A stretch of DNA of 64,000 bases from an uncultured delta proteobacterium (GCA_963842085.1 CAWJET010000002.1:896001-960000), one strand, 5' to 3'; counted from the stretch's first letter, positions 1 through 10,243 are shown. The notes: generated by a model from the letters alone, not told the origin. Made by a program: numbers and translations.

Positions 1-481
1 GGCCGCGATGGTTTTCGTCACCGTTGCGGTCAACGTGGTCGTCGTGCCGGCCATCGCCAACACCCTCTCGCTGAAGGACTTCACTGATCATGTCATGAAA
101 GTCGTGGACGACAATTCGGTCGGCTACCTGGGCGCGCTCAACTACGACGTCGCCTTTTACAGCCGCCGCACAATTCCGATCGTCTCGCAAAGAGATCGCG
201 AGATGCCCGAGTACCTGATCGCCTGGCGCACTCTGTTCGACGCGCTCCCCGCGTCGAAGCGTAGCCGCTACGACATCGTGATGGTTTCCAACCCGACCTC
301 GCTCGACGGCACCGACGAGATGCTCCTCGTGCGCCAGCACGCAGGTTCGTCGAAGCCGCCGTCCAAACCTTCCGACAGCTATATTGAAGCGAGGACGTTT
401 ACGACAGGCTCTCTCTTCGAAGCTCCACGATCGCCTGCGCCAGCCGCGGCAGCACCTCCGCCGACCCGCCGCGCAAGCTGA
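1..481 (+). CDS. C-terminal end of probable ArnT/PMT-like membrane glycosyltransferase (partial, runs off window)
   Basis: Last TM segment then soluble tail (SLKDF...DVAFYSRRTIP) resembling ArnT-family C-termini; overlaps convergent sirtuin by 83 nt. Confidence 0.45.
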   Translation, partial: AAMVFVTVAVNVVVVPAIANTLSLKDFTDHVMKVVDDNSVGYLGALNYDVAFYSRRTIPIVSQRDREMPEYLIAWRTLFDALPASKRSRYDIVMVSNPTSLDGTDEMLLVRQHAGSSKPPSKPSDSYIEARTFTTGSLFEAPRSPAPAAAAPPPTRRAS

Positions 482-1196
482 CGTCGCATATCTGCGTGAT
501 CTCCGACTCGTAGAGATTCACCTCGATCAACGTTCCGCCGCGCTGTTTCACTTCGAGCGCGAATCCCGCCGCTGGATAAACCGTCGCCGAAGTCCCCGCC
601 ACGATCACCAGGTCTGCCCTGGCCGAATGCTCCGCACACATGTTCAGCACGTCGATCGGAATCGGCTCGCCAAACGAAACCGTGTCCGACTTCAACAATC
701 CTCCGCATCGCGGACACGCCGGCGGCAGTTTCTCCAGGCTGATCGCGTCACCGTGAAACCGCGTCCTGCAATCGAGGCATCGAATCAACGTCCAGTTGCC
801 ATGGATTTCCGCAAGCGCCTTTTGCCCGGCCTGCCGGTGCAGGTCGTCGATGTTCTGCGTGATGACGAAGCGCAGCACTTCCAGTCGCTCCAACTCCACC
901 AGCGCGAGATGTCCCGGATTCGGCTTGGCGACGGTGAGTGGTTTGTAGAGCTCATCATTGCGTTTGCTGAGCCGCTCTTCCCACGCCTTTTTCGGGTCCG
1001 CCATGAAGCGCTGGAATCCGTTCATCGGCGGCTCGCCGTACTTGGTCCACAGCCCGCCCGGCCCGCGAAACGGCGGTATTCCGCTTTCGACGGACATCCC
1101 CGCACCCGTTAGCGCGATCGCATAGCGCGCCGCCAGAATCGTTCTCGCAGCTTCGCGGACTTCCACGTCGCTCGCTCTGTCACTCCTCTTTGTCAT
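399..1196 (-). CDS. cobB: NAD-dependent protein deacylase (Sir2 family)
   Basis: TGAGMSVESGIPPFRG, TQNIDDLH, HG, two CxxC, GTS, N motifs; ATG at 1196. Confidence 0.92.
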   Translation of the reverse strand: MTKRSDRASDVEVREAARTILAARYAIALTGAGMSVESGIPPFRGPGGLWTKYGEPPMNGFQRFMADPKKAWEERLSKRNDELYKPLTVAKPNPGHLALVELERLEVLRFVITQNIDDLHRQAGQKALAEIHGNWTLIRCLDCRTRFHGDAISLEKLPPACPRCGGLLKSDTVSFGEPIPIDVLNMCAEHSARADLVIVAGTSATVYPAAGFALEVKQRGGTLIEVNLYESEITQICDVSLRGGSAEVLPRLAQAIVELRRESLS

Positions 1197-1240
1197 CGGG
1201 AATTCCCCCTCCGCGCGAAATCTCACGTAGTCAGTGGTCC

Positions 1241-2221
1241 TCAACCGACTACACATGAAATAAACGTGAATGCGTATGCCGCCAACCCTGCCGCCCCTGC
1301 TCGAATAGTCACAGCGCCCGAAACCACCGACTCATTCGCGACGACACTGTACATCCGCGGCCGGTCCACCGTGATAAGTGCGCGTTCGCCGTCGAACGTC
1401 ACGTCGTCTCCCGCCCGCTGCCCGCTTTCGAGCGTGACCTCCGTCCTTACGCTCGCTCCCGCCGGCGGCGCCATCACCAGGTTCACATCCTTCGCGGTGT
1501 ACCTGAGCGAAATCGCCGCGCCCGCCCCCTCGCTGCGCGCGCTCTCCTGCTCGACGCGCCACCGGCCCGCGAGATAACTCATGCCCTCGACGTGCGGCCC
1601 GGCATCGTGATAGTCATGCGGCCGATCGCGAACGACGCCCTCGAAATTTCCAAACTGGCCGCGCGCGTAACCGAGATACAGCTCGGGCGTAACGCGATAG
1701 CAGACCGCGCCGGGACGGTCGCTGTCGCGCACCGGCTCCATCGGCGGCGGCAGACTCGCGCCAGGATTCAGTTCGCGGATCAATCCCTGAATAGCTACTT
1801 CGGTTTCCTGGTACGCACCTTCGCCGAAATGGTAATAGCGAATGCGGCCCTTCGCATCGACCAGGTACTTGGCCGGCCAGAACCGATTCGAGTACGCCCG
1901 CCAGATTGCATATTCATTGTCGAGCACGATTGGGTATTCCAGGCCGAATCGCGCCGCCGCATCCGCCACGTGCGATCCCTCGCGCGCAAAAGAAAACTCG
2001 GGCGCATGCACCCCGACGACTACCAGGCCGCTCTGCGCGTATCTTTTATTCCATGCCACCACGTACGGCAGCGTCCGGATGCAGTTGACGCAGGTGTAGT
2101 CCCAGAAATCGACCAGCACCACAGCCTTGTCACGCAATGCCCTGAGGCTCACCGGGCCGTGCTGAATCCATTGGCCCCCATCCAGTTCCGGCGCCAGTAC
2201 TGTCTCGGACAATTGCGGCAT
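1241..2221 (-). CDS. Redoxin / DipZ C-terminal-like thioredoxin protein
   Basis: DFWDYTCVNCIRTLP, GVHAPEF, GEGAY, TPELYLG motifs; ATG at 2221. Confidence 0.88.
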   Translation of the reverse strand: MPQLSETVLAPELDGGQWIQHGPVSLRALRDKAVVLVDFWDYTCVNCIRTLPYVVAWNKRYAQSGLVVVGVHAPEFSFAREGSHVADAAARFGLEYPIVLDNEYAIWRAYSNRFWPAKYLVDAKGRIRYYHFGEGAYQETEVAIQGLIRELNPGASLPPPMEPVRDSDRPGAVCYRVTPELYLGYARGQFGNFEGVVRDRPHDYHDAGPHVEGMSYLAGRWRVEQESARSEGAGAAISLRYTAKDVNLVMAPPAGASVRTEVTLESGQRAGDDVTFDGERALITVDRPRMYSVVANESVVSGAVTIRAGAAGLAAYAFTFISCVVG

Positions 2222-2316
2222 CTCGCTCTCCTCGAGTCGCTCGGAGCGTAGCACAGGCCCGGTTTCAGCTCGAAGTGGATTTGACCCTTCGCCCATCGCG
2301 CGCTAGTCAATCGCTC

Positions 2317-2760
2317 GTGGATGTACCTTCGCGCCTGAAAGTGATTGCAATCGAATCGCCCGCCGACATGCAGCGCGCTCACGCGATTCGCCGCCGCGTG
2401 TTTATCGAAGAACAGCGCGTGCCCGAAGAAATCGAAATGGACGCCGACGACGCGCACGCATTTCACGCGCTGGCGATTCTCGACGGCGTCGCCATCGGCT
2501 GCGGCAGGATGGTCGAGTATGGCGCGACCGTAGTGAAGATCGGCCGCATGGCGGTCCTACCGGAGTTTCGAAACACCGGCGTCGGCGCAAACATCCTGCG
2601 CTTCCTGGTCGATCGCGCGCGCACCCGCGGATTCAGCAAAGCGATCCTGCATGCACAACTTACTGCCGAGGGCTTCTATCTCAAGGAAGGATTTATCCCG
2701 GTAGGCAGCGTCTTCGACGAGGCGGGCATCGCGCACCGGAAGATGCAACGCGATCTCTGA
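2317..2760 (+). CDS. GNAT N-acetyltransferase (ElaA/YjcF-like)
   Basis: IRRRVFIEEQ, IGRMAVLPEFRNTGVG, LHAQ, FDEAGIAH; start uncertain. Confidence 0.88.
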   Translation: MDVPSRLKVIAIESPADMQRAHAIRRRVFIEEQRVPEEIEMDADDAHAFHALAILDGVAIGCGRMVEYGATVVKIGRMAVLPEFRNTGVGANILRFLVDRARTRGFSKAILHAQLTAEGFYLKEGFIPVGSVFDEAGIAHRKMQRDL

Positions 2761-2762
2761 CG

Positions 2763-3590
2763 TTACAAACTGGCCGCGAACTCTTCGATCACGCGCGCGA
2801 CCGCTTCCGGCTTCTCCAGGATCACATGATGGTGCGCGTCGGCAATCGTCACCAGCCGCGCGTTCGGATTTGACGCGCACGCATGCTCCGCCGCCTCCGC
2901 CGTCATGATACGGCTGTGCTCGGCGCGCACCAGCATCGTGGGAATCGTGATTTCCTTGATCGTGTCGAGCACCGCCAGCCCGTCGCCGCCGAGAAAACTC
3001 TCGCGATCGAATTTGAGCGTCCACCGCCCCTCATCGGTCCGCGCCAGGCTTTTCTCAGCTATCTCATGAAGTACTTCGTCCGCGATTCCACCCTCGTTGG
3101 GCATCAGGCGAAAGCGCGCCTTTGCCGTTGCGAGATCGGGATACGTTACTACCGGGATTCCTTTCAGCCGCCGCAGATATCGATCCCGCCCGCGACTGGA
3201 CGTGACTGCAACGTCGATCGCCATCGCCCCGCGCGCGCTATGCGGATGCTGCCGCGCGAACGCCAGCACGCTCAGCCCACCCATGCTGTGTCCCACGACG
3301 ACCGGTTTGTCCGCGTCCGCGGTCACGTGCGCGACGAGCCTCGCTATATCATTTGCGTAGTCGGCCGGCGAGTACGCCGCCGGCCGCGCCCACTCGCTGT
3401 CGCCATGTCCGCGCTGGTCGAGCGCGAGCAGCCGGTGCTTCGGCGCAATCGCGCGCGCCACCGGTTCCCACCACCACGCATTCGCCGAGTTGCCATGCAC
3501 CAGGATAATCGTGCGCGGCGCGTGCGGATTCCATTCCAGGTAATGCAGGCGTGGAGCGCCTTCGAGCAGATGACTGTGCGGCGGCGTCAT
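2763..3590 (-). CDS. Alpha/beta hydrolase
   Basis: HG oxyanion motif, DQRGHGDS, GHSMGG nucleophile, C-terminal His. Confidence 0.9.
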   Translation of the reverse strand: MTPPHSHLLEGAPRLHYLEWNPHAPRTIILVHGNSANAWWWEPVARAIAPKHRLLALDQRGHGDSEWARPAAYSPADYANDIARLVAHVTADADKPVVVGHSMGGLSVLAFARQHPHSARGAMAIDVAVTSSRGRDRYLRRLKGIPVVTYPDLATAKARFRLMPNEGGIADEVLHEIAEKSLARTDEGRWTLKFDRESFLGGDGLAVLDTIKEITIPTMLVRAEHSRIMTAEAAEHACASNPNARLVTIADAHHHVILEKPEAVARVIEEFAASL

Positions 3591-4402
3591 TTCAGGGTAT
3601 CGACGAAAGCTCGAATTACTTCGATCAGCCCCGTCGGATTGTCCAGCATTACGTGATGATACGAGTCATCGACTTCAGCCAGACGCCCGTGCGCGAGTTG
3701 CTCGACCATTTTTTTCGCGACCTCGCGATCCAGCAGCGGACTCTTCGTGATCTTCACGATCAGCGCGGGGCAGGCGATGCGATGCAACGACTTCCACACC
3801 CGCGAGGGTTCGCGAATCATCGTGCGCCGATCCAGCTTGTGGGTCCACGCGCCGTCGTCGTGCCGCTTGAAGCTCCGGCGCGCGACATGCTCCAGGACTT
3901 CTTTCCTGGCCAGCGTCTCGCGCGGCAGGACCTTGAAATTCCGCGCCGCCTCGTCGAGCGATTCGAACCGGCGCGCCGGCTTTGCCGCGATCGACTGCAG
4001 AAATTCGACCGCCTGCCGCGGGTAGTCGGGCGGCGGATCGAGCGCCACGATCGCGCGTAATTTATCGCTGTGCTCCGCCGCGTATGCCAGCACGTTATGC
4101 GCGCCCATTGAATGCCCCACCAAAATTGGCGCGCCGAATCCCCAGCCCTCGATCACTTGATCCAGGTCCGACACGTAATGCCGCGAGCCGTACGCCCATT
4201 CATCCGCCCATTCGCTTTCGCCATGCCCGCGCTGATCGAGCGCCAGCACGTGGTAATCCCCCGCAAACGCCGGCGCGACGAAATCCCACCAATGTGCGTG
4301 CGCCGAGCCGCCATGCAGAAAAAGCATCGGCGGCTTGCCCTCACCGCCGTAGTCAATGCAGTTCAGCGCGAGTCCGTTGACTGTAAAGCGATGCGCCTTC
4401 AT
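3587..4402 (-). CDS. Alpha/beta hydrolase (tandem paralog)
   Basis: HGGSAH, DQRGHGES, GHSMG; 4-nt overlap with paralog. Confidence 0.9.
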   Translation of the reverse strand: MKAHRFTVNGLALNCIDYGGEGKPPMLFLHGGSAHAHWWDFVAPAFAGDYHVLALDQRGHGESEWADEWAYGSRHYVSDLDQVIEGWGFGAPILVGHSMGAHNVLAYAAEHSDKLRAIVALDPPPDYPRQAVEFLQSIAAKPARRFESLDEAARNFKVLPRETLARKEVLEHVARRSFKRHDDGAWTHKLDRRTMIREPSRVWKSLHRIACPALIVKITKSPLLDREVAKKMVEQLAHGRLAEVDDSYHHVMLDNPTGLIEVIRAFVDTLK

Positions 4403-4525
4403 CGGTCTCCCGGAATTCCCTTGCTCATCTCAAAACCACTGCCCGCCGCGCACACATGATAGCTTTGCAGCGCGCTCCTTTCATGCCACCATTTAGAGGC
4501 TAGATCCTGTGCGTCACCTGAAGCC

Positions 4526-5092
4526 ATGCGAGATCGAACCGCGCTGAAACCACTGACTCTCGTCGCCGCCTTGATGCTTGCGCTCGCGTCCTTTCCTTCT
4601 TCCGCGCGCGCCCAGGACGCCAACGCGGCCAAAGCCCGGGCGCTCGTCGATGCCGCAATCAAAATGAGCGACAGCGATGCCGCTGTAAAGCTGCTCTGGC
4701 AGGCCACCGATATCGACCCCACGCTCGACGACGCTTACGTTTATCTCGGCCTCTACTACAACTCGCGCTCCGACTTCACCAACGTCATCAAGGTTTATCA
4801 AAAGCTCGTCAAGTATCAGCCCAACCAGGTCAGCGCTTACCTGAATATCGGCGAGGCGTACATGTCCTTTTCCCCGCCCAAGACCGACGACGCGCTGGTG
4901 TACTATCGCAAGGCGTACGAGATCGACCCCAAGAACACCTTCGCCGCGCTCAGAATCGGAGAACTGCTCGCGCAAGCGGGTCAACGCGACGATGCGCTCA
5001 AGTATCTCAGAATTGCTCTCGGCGACAGCGCCAAAAATCCCACCGTCGCATCGGAAGCCGAGAAAACTCTCAAGCAGATGGGTGCGCTCTGA
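4526..5092 (+). CDS. Secreted TPR protein
   Basis: Signal peptide ending ARA; TPR-like repeats (AYVYLG, AYLNIG, IDP turns). Confidence 0.8.
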   Translation: MRDRTALKPLTLVAALMLALASFPSSARAQDANAAKARALVDAAIKMSDSDAAVKLLWQATDIDPTLDDAYVYLGLYYNSRSDFTNVIKVYQKLVKYQPNQVSAYLNIGEAYMSFSPPKTDDALVYYRKAYEIDPKNTFAALRIGELLAQAGQRDDALKYLRIALGDSAKNPTVASEAEKTLKQMGAL

Positions 5093-5426
5093 CCACGATC
5101 CGCGTCGTATCGAAGCGCTCGGTATTTTGGCAGCGACGTATGTCCTGGCCAGTCTTGCTGATTTACCGAACCGTTGAACGCACGGCCGCTATGGGTTTGC
5201 AAGTTTTCTAAGCTTCATAGCAGGAATCCGTTTTTATCAATCATTAGACTCTGCAGTTGACAAGCTGCCGCGCTGACTCAAAATCCTGCAAGTCGGATAA
5301 TATCTACTCACAAACTTATACTCTGACTGACTATTTTCTAATTACCTACTTCAGATTGGCTTGTACTTGTGACAGTATTCTGGCTGGCAACGGCGGAGCG
5401 GACTTAGTCCGCTGAAGTCGAGCGGG

Positions 5427-6329
5427 TTGAGGAGGTGCGGGATGTCCGTTGTTAGGAATCCTTCTGGTAGTTTCTCCACGGCCGACTCAAACGACCGCGC
5501 AACTCAAAATAATCTGGTTTGCCTGAGCGACGCTGATCGCGTCCGCGACGAGCCGCCGAAGGACGCAGTCCGCGAGGACCTTCGCGACGCGGCCGCGACA
5601 TTTGTGATCGGAGCGGAGCCCCGGGGTGTGTCGGCCGGCGCGCCGCGTTGGAATGATGTTGTCGAGCAGGTATCGCCGCGCGAGTCCCGGGCGGGCATCG
5701 AAGCTGCGCAGACTCTCGGCCAACTGATGACCGAGGCGCGCAATCACCTGGGTCTCTCGCGAGAGCAGGTCGCCGGCCAGACCAACATTCCGGCGTACTA
5801 CGTCAGAATGATCGAGAGCGACAGCTACGACGCCATCCCTGATCAGCTTTACCTTCTGCCGTTTTTCCGGCGGTACGCAATTTTCCTCGGCCTCGACGCC
5901 CAGAAAGTGGTGTCGCGTTTCGTTCGTGACTTCGAGAAGGCCGAGAACGAAGTCCTCGAGACGCCGGCCTCGAAGACTCCGACCGCAATGGCACTCTCGA
6001 GATGGCGACGGATTGCGGCGGCATCGGTAGTCGGCGGAATCCTGCTCCCGTGTATCGCCTGGGGAATCGCAACGATCCACGCCGCCTATCATCAACCGGC
6101 TACCAGTTTATCGGCTGCGAGCTCGCCTGATACACAGCCGTCGCCTGCTATCCTGCCGACGGACTCGCGACCAGCCACCGCACCGGATTCCGCTCGAACT
6201 CCCGCGGCGGTCACGGTCTCTCCCTTGGCGACGATGCATGCTGAGACCAAACCGCAGCGAGCAGTTCACGGCCATCAGCCGCGTCGCCGTTCAAGACACT
6301 CGCGGCAGAGACCGGGACATCTCACTTAG
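5427..6329 (+). CDS. RodZ-like HTH membrane protein
   Basis: LGQLMTEARNHLGLSREQVA...IES...RYAIFLGLD HTH, one TM, Pro/Ser-rich tail; start uncertain. Confidence 0.75.
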   Translation: MRRCGMSVVRNPSGSFSTADSNDRATQNNLVCLSDADRVRDEPPKDAVREDLRDAAATFVIGAEPRGVSAGAPRWNDVVEQVSPRESRAGIEAAQTLGQLMTEARNHLGLSREQVAGQTNIPAYYVRMIESDSYDAIPDQLYLLPFFRRYAIFLGLDAQKVVSRFVRDFEKAENEVLETPASKTPTAMALSRWRRIAAASVVGGILLPCIAWGIATIHAAYHQPATSLSAASSPDTQPSPAILPTDSRPATAPDSARTPAAVTVSPLATMHAETKPQRAVHGHQPRRRSRHSRQRPGHLT

Positions 6330-6344
6330 ATGAAAGGGTGTCGC

Positions 6345-6788
6345 TCAATTCTGCGATGCAGAAGGCGCCGGCGCTGGTGAGGCGGCTGCCGGCGGAGCGC
6401 CTTCTTGTTCGGGCGGCATGTGATCATCGCCGCCGTGATGCCCGTGATGCTCCCACGGATGCGTGAAGTCGCGATCGAAGATCTTCTGCTGCTCGGGTGT
6501 CAGCACGCCGCGAATCTGGCCAAGTCCCTGCCAGAACAGGTCATGCCGCTGATGATCGAAATCCCGCCGCGCCTGCATCACCTTGAACCGCGTATCGCGC
6601 AGGATATCGCCAACTCTGTCGCGTTGCGCCGGCGTCAGATTGAGCTCGCGATTGATTCGCTCGATCAACCCGCCCCCCGGCACCCGCAGGTAATGATAGC
6701 GGTACGCCAGCGTGCTGATCGCAAATCCAATCAGAAGGCACGAGACTCCCACCACCAGGCCGAACCAGATGTTCCACTTAGCTGGCAA
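6345..6788 (-). CDS. Spy/CpxP-like periplasmic protein with His-rich tail
   Basis: N-terminal TM, ELNLTPAQ and LTPEQQ motifs, HPWEHHGHHGGDDH. Confidence 0.7.
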   Translation of the reverse strand: MPAKWNIWFGLVVGVSCLLIGFAISTLAYRYHYLRVPGGGLIERINRELNLTPAQRDRVGDILRDTRFKVMQARRDFDHQRHDLFWQGLGQIRGVLTPEQQKIFDRDFTHPWEHHGHHGGDDHMPPEQEGAPPAAASPAPAPSASQN

Positions 6789-7239
6789 GATCGCTCTCGG
6801 TCAGTGGCATCTCCGGCGCCAATGGATCGCCTGCGGTTTCGGCATTCATGCTCGACTCGGGCGCCGATAGCGCCTCGGCTATCGACTCATTCGGTGTCCG
6901 CACCGAAAGATACGCCGCGCTTGTCGCGAATACAAAGATCGCCGCAGCCGCCGCCATCGGAATCCATTGATTCGGCCTGGACACCTCCCGCGATACCGAC
7001 GCGAACCGCCGCGGCCTGTCCGCCAGCGAGAACTCGCGCCGCGCCGGCCGCGATATTCGCGCGGCCGCCTGCTGCTCCATCTCGCCATGCAGCACCGGCG
7101 CCGTCAGCGCGAAGACGCGAAACGCATGATCGCACTTCTCGCATCCCTTCAGATGCGCCAGCAGCTCGCCCCGCCGCTCAGCCGCTAAGGTCTTGCGCCA
7201 CAGCGCGGGAAATTCCTGTCGTGCTTCAAAACAATTCAT
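6778..7239 (-). CDS. Zinc-finger anti-sigma factor (zf-HC2)
   Basis: MNC...HLKGCEKC (HxxxCxxC), one TM, follows ECF sigma. Confidence 0.8.
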   Translation of the reverse strand: MNCFEARQEFPALWRKTLAAERRGELLAHLKGCEKCDHAFRVFALTAPVLHGEMEQQAAARISRPARREFSLADRPRRFASVSREVSRPNQWIPMAAAAAIFVFATSAAYLSVRTPNESIAEALSAPESSMNAETAGDPLAPEMPLTESDLAS

Positions 7240-7244
7240 GACTG

Positions 7245-7874
7245 TTACCTGCCGCGCCCGGCCGCCAGCATCCGCTCCGCCTGCTTGCGAAGCGCCTGGC
7301 GCGCGCGGAACGCACGAATTTTTACCTTGGCCTCACTCCATCCAAGCGTCTGCGCGATTTCGCTGACGCTCAATTCTTCGCTCTCCTTCAACACCATCAC
7401 CATTCGGTCCTCGGGCTTGAGCGTGTCGAGCAGCCGATGCGCCAAGTCGTAAGCCTCGCGCCGCTCTTCGGACTCACCGACGATCTCCTCCGGTGACGCG
7501 ACATTTGCGGTCTGCATCCATTGCACTTCCGGCGCGCTGAAATCTCCGACCAACTCCTCGGGACGTCGGCGCCGCCGGCGCAACTCGTCGTAACACAGAT
7601 TCACCACGATCGCGCGCAGCCATCCGCCAAACGGCATCTCCGCCCGGTACGTCGCCAGCGCGGTATAGGCCCGGATAAAGCTTTCCTGCGTGATATCGCG
7701 CGCCATCTCTTCGTCCGAAAAAAATCGCCTGCATAACCGCTCCACCCTTGGTCGATGCCGCGCCGCGAGCTCGGTAAAGGAGGCAGTCTGCCCGCCAAGG
7801 ACGTCGGCTATCAGTTCCTCGTCGGGTTTGGCGCTCAATCTCCACCCCGCCCTTGGAGCCGCCGAGAGACCCAA
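7245..7874 (-). CDS. ECF RNA polymerase sigma factor
   Basis: DITQESFIRAY, WLRAIVVNLCYD, region 4 EIAQTLGWSEAKVKIRAFRAR. Confidence 0.92.
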   Translation of the reverse strand: MGLSAAPRAGWRLSAKPDEELIADVLGGQTASFTELAARHRPRVERLCRRFFSDEEMARDITQESFIRAYTALATYRAEMPFGGWLRAIVVNLCYDELRRRRRRPEELVGDFSAPEVQWMQTANVASPEEIVGESEERREAYDLAHRLLDTLKPEDRMVMVLKESEELSVSEIAQTLGWSEAKVKIRAFRARQALRKQAERMLAAGRGR

Positions 7875-8088
7875 CCTAACCGTTTATTAATACGCACTGT
7901 CCCGTGGTCGGTTACACGCATTCGCCGGATTTTTGCCTTCATGCGATGATCCAGGCAGGCAAACTGGAAAATTCGTCCGAGAATCATCAGGCTCAGGGAA
8001 TAACATAGAACGAGCCATCCATCGTAGCCCACGTCACGCAGGGTGCGCACGGTCGCGTCGCGCAGCCGCTCCAATTGACAATCACAGT

Positions 8089-8694
8089 TCATCGCGTCGG
8101 AGGCGGAGGCAGGCCGGCGCGGATCAGGTCGGAGGGCGTGTCCAGGTCGAGATTGATTCCTGGATCGGCCAGGTCAACGTAGGCTACCCGCGACGCGTCG
8201 GCGTTCACCACGTGACGCGCGCCCTCTTCTTCGGGAGCGGACTGGAGTTCGGCGAATAGTGCGCGATCGAAAATCACCGGATGACCCCGGTTGCCGGCGT
8301 GGCGCGCGATCACAATCGGTTTGCCGGTTCGATTGTACGAATCGACAATCGCGCGGAACGTTTCGACCTGGACCATCGGATGGTCTCCCAAGTGCACCAG
8401 CGCGCCCGCCGCGTCCGGTTGAAGAGCACCGAGGCCAAGCTTCAGCGACGACAGTTGCCCGCGCGCATAGTCCGGATTCTCGACGATCGCGATACGCTCG
8501 TCACGCGGAATCGCGGCGCGTACGCCCTCGCGATGCGCCCCTATCACAATCACGAGTCGCGGCACTACTGCGAGCATCGTCTGTGCAATGTGCTGGATAA
8601 AAGTTCGCCCGTCGATCTCGAGCAGCGGTTTCGGATATCCCATCCGCCGCGACTCGCCCGCCGCCAGGATGATGCCTTCGAGCTGCCGCTTCAT
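8089..8694 (-). CDS. mocA: Molybdenum cofactor cytidylyltransferase-like NTP transferase
   Basis: ILAAGESRRMG.PK, GHPVIF, DLDTP; downstream of xdhC. Confidence 0.8.
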   Translation of the reverse strand: MKRQLEGIILAAGESRRMGYPKPLLEIDGRTFIQHIAQTMLAVVPRLVIVIGAHREGVRAAIPRDERIAIVENPDYARGQLSSLKLGLGALQPDAAGALVHLGDHPMVQVETFRAIVDSYNRTGKPIVIARHAGNRGHPVIFDRALFAELQSAPEEEGARHVVNADASRVAYVDLADPGINLDLDTPSDLIRAGLPPPPTR

Positions 8695-8725
8695 TGTTCA
8701 GATTTCAGGCGGGCATCGAGGCAGG

Positions 8726-9886
8726 CTATTTCGAGCGTTTGAGAATGCCGAAACGCACGCCGAGGGTGAACTCGTCGCGCTCTTCGGTCCGGCGCTCGCG
8801 AATAATCTCGGCAATTATCGAGATCGCGATCTCCTCCGGCGTTTCGCTGCCGATCGCAACGCCGAGCGGCGCATGAACGTCGGCGAGCCGCTGCCCGGGA
8901 ACCCCGCTCTCGCCAATTCTTTCGAGAGTCGCCTTCACCCGGCGGCGCGAACCGATCATCCCGACGAATCCGCACGGCTGCGTCAGCGCCGCGCGCACGA
9001 CTTCCTCGTCGAACGAATGGCCGCGCGTGACCGAAATCAGGTAGCAGTGGCCGTCGAGCGCGAGCGAGTCGATCGCGGCTTTGAAAGGCTTGACGATTAT
9101 TTCGTCGGCGTCCGGAAACCGCTCGCGATTCGCAAACGACACGCGATCGTCGATTACCGTCACGTGAAACCCCAGCATCGCTCCCAGCGCACACAACGGC
9201 ACCGCGATATGCCCCGCGCCGACGATTATCAGCCGCTGCGCGCCGACGATCGGATCGACGAACAGCCGCACGCCGCCGTTGGGCTCGAGATGCGTGACAG
9301 GTTGAAGCCCGCCGCCGCGATCAACTTCGAGCAAGACGGGAATTGCGTCGGCCGTCCGCTCGACGATCTGCGCGACTGCCGCATCCGGCAACTCCATCGG
9401 TCTCGCGTCGCGCGCGCCCGCATCGCGCGGATCAATAAACGTCCGCGACCCGGCCGCTACTTCCGCTCGCGCACCCGGATCGACCACCGTCAGCAGCGCG
9501 CCGGGCGCGCTGCGGCTGACGGCGTCGGCCAGCTTGCGCGCAATTCCGAGGTCGCGAGCCGGGGACCACAGATCGACGAACACGTCCATTATTCCACCGC
9601 AGGTGCCGAGCTCGCGCTGGTCGAAATCGCCGGTGAGATCGACTTCGGCCAGCCGCGCGCCGCGGTCGTTGTTTTCTTCAAGTAATACACGAGCTTTTCG
9701 AAAAACCTCGGCTTCGCCGCAGCCGCCGCCGATGGTGCCAAACTGGCCGTCCGCGCGGACGATCATCTTGGCGCCAACTTCGCGCGGCGTGGAGCCACGA
9801 ACATTCACCACCGTTGCCAGCGCGAACGGCTGCCCGCGCTCGAGCGTGCGCAAGGCCTCAGCCCAAATTTGATCCGAACCGCTCAT
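8726..9886 (-). CDS. xdhC: XdhC/CoxI family accessory protein
   Basis: GSTPREVGAKM, GTIGGGCGE, CGG, GAGHIA, IGSETPEEIAISI. Confidence 0.9.
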   Translation of the reverse strand: MSGSDQIWAEALRTLERGQPFALATVVNVRGSTPREVGAKMIVRADGQFGTIGGGCGEAEVFRKARVLLEENNDRGARLAEVDLTGDFDQRELGTCGGIMDVFVDLWSPARDLGIARKLADAVSRSAPGALLTVVDPGARAEVAAGSRTFIDPRDAGARDARPMELPDAAVAQIVERTADAIPVLLEVDRGGGLQPVTHLEPNGGVRLFVDPIVGAQRLIIVGAGHIAVPLCALGAMLGFHVTVIDDRVSFANRERFPDADEIIVKPFKAAIDSLALDGHCYLISVTRGHSFDEEVVRAALTQPCGFVGMIGSRRRVKATLERIGESGVPGQRLADVHAPLGVAIGSETPEEIAISIIAEIIRERRTEERDEFTLGVRFGILKRSK

Positions 9887-9946
9887 TGGAGCACCCTGAG
9901 TAGAACCTACCAGAACCCGCGCGCGCGATGAATGCGCGCCCGTGCG

Positions 9947-10243
9947 TCAGTCGGAGAGCTGGTGGAGAATCGCGCGCGCCTGAAGCAGGCTGTCCTCGGC
10001 AGACTTGTAGTCGCCGGCTTTGATTGCCGCCTCGCTCTTCTGTTCCAACTGGCTCGCGTCGAAGAGCTGCTTGCGCTTGACCGGATCGGTGGGACCGTTG
10101 TCGCGTACGTGCGCCAACTCAAGTGCCACCTGGCGCTCCAGCCGGACCAACTCCGGCGGCGGCGAAGCTGCCATCGCCGGGCTCGCGCCAACAAGCGTTG
10201 CAATTGCCGCCATCGCCACGAGCAGTCGTGCGCCCGTCCTCAT
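9947..10243 (-). CDS. Small secreted helical hypothetical protein
   Basis: Signal peptide ending AMA, amphipathic helices, host-like codons. Confidence 0.6.
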   Translation of the reverse strand: MRTGARLLVAMAAIATLVGASPAMAASPPPELVRLERQVALELAHVRDNGPTDPVKRKQLFDASQLEQKSEAAIKAGDYKSAEDSLLQARAILHQLSD

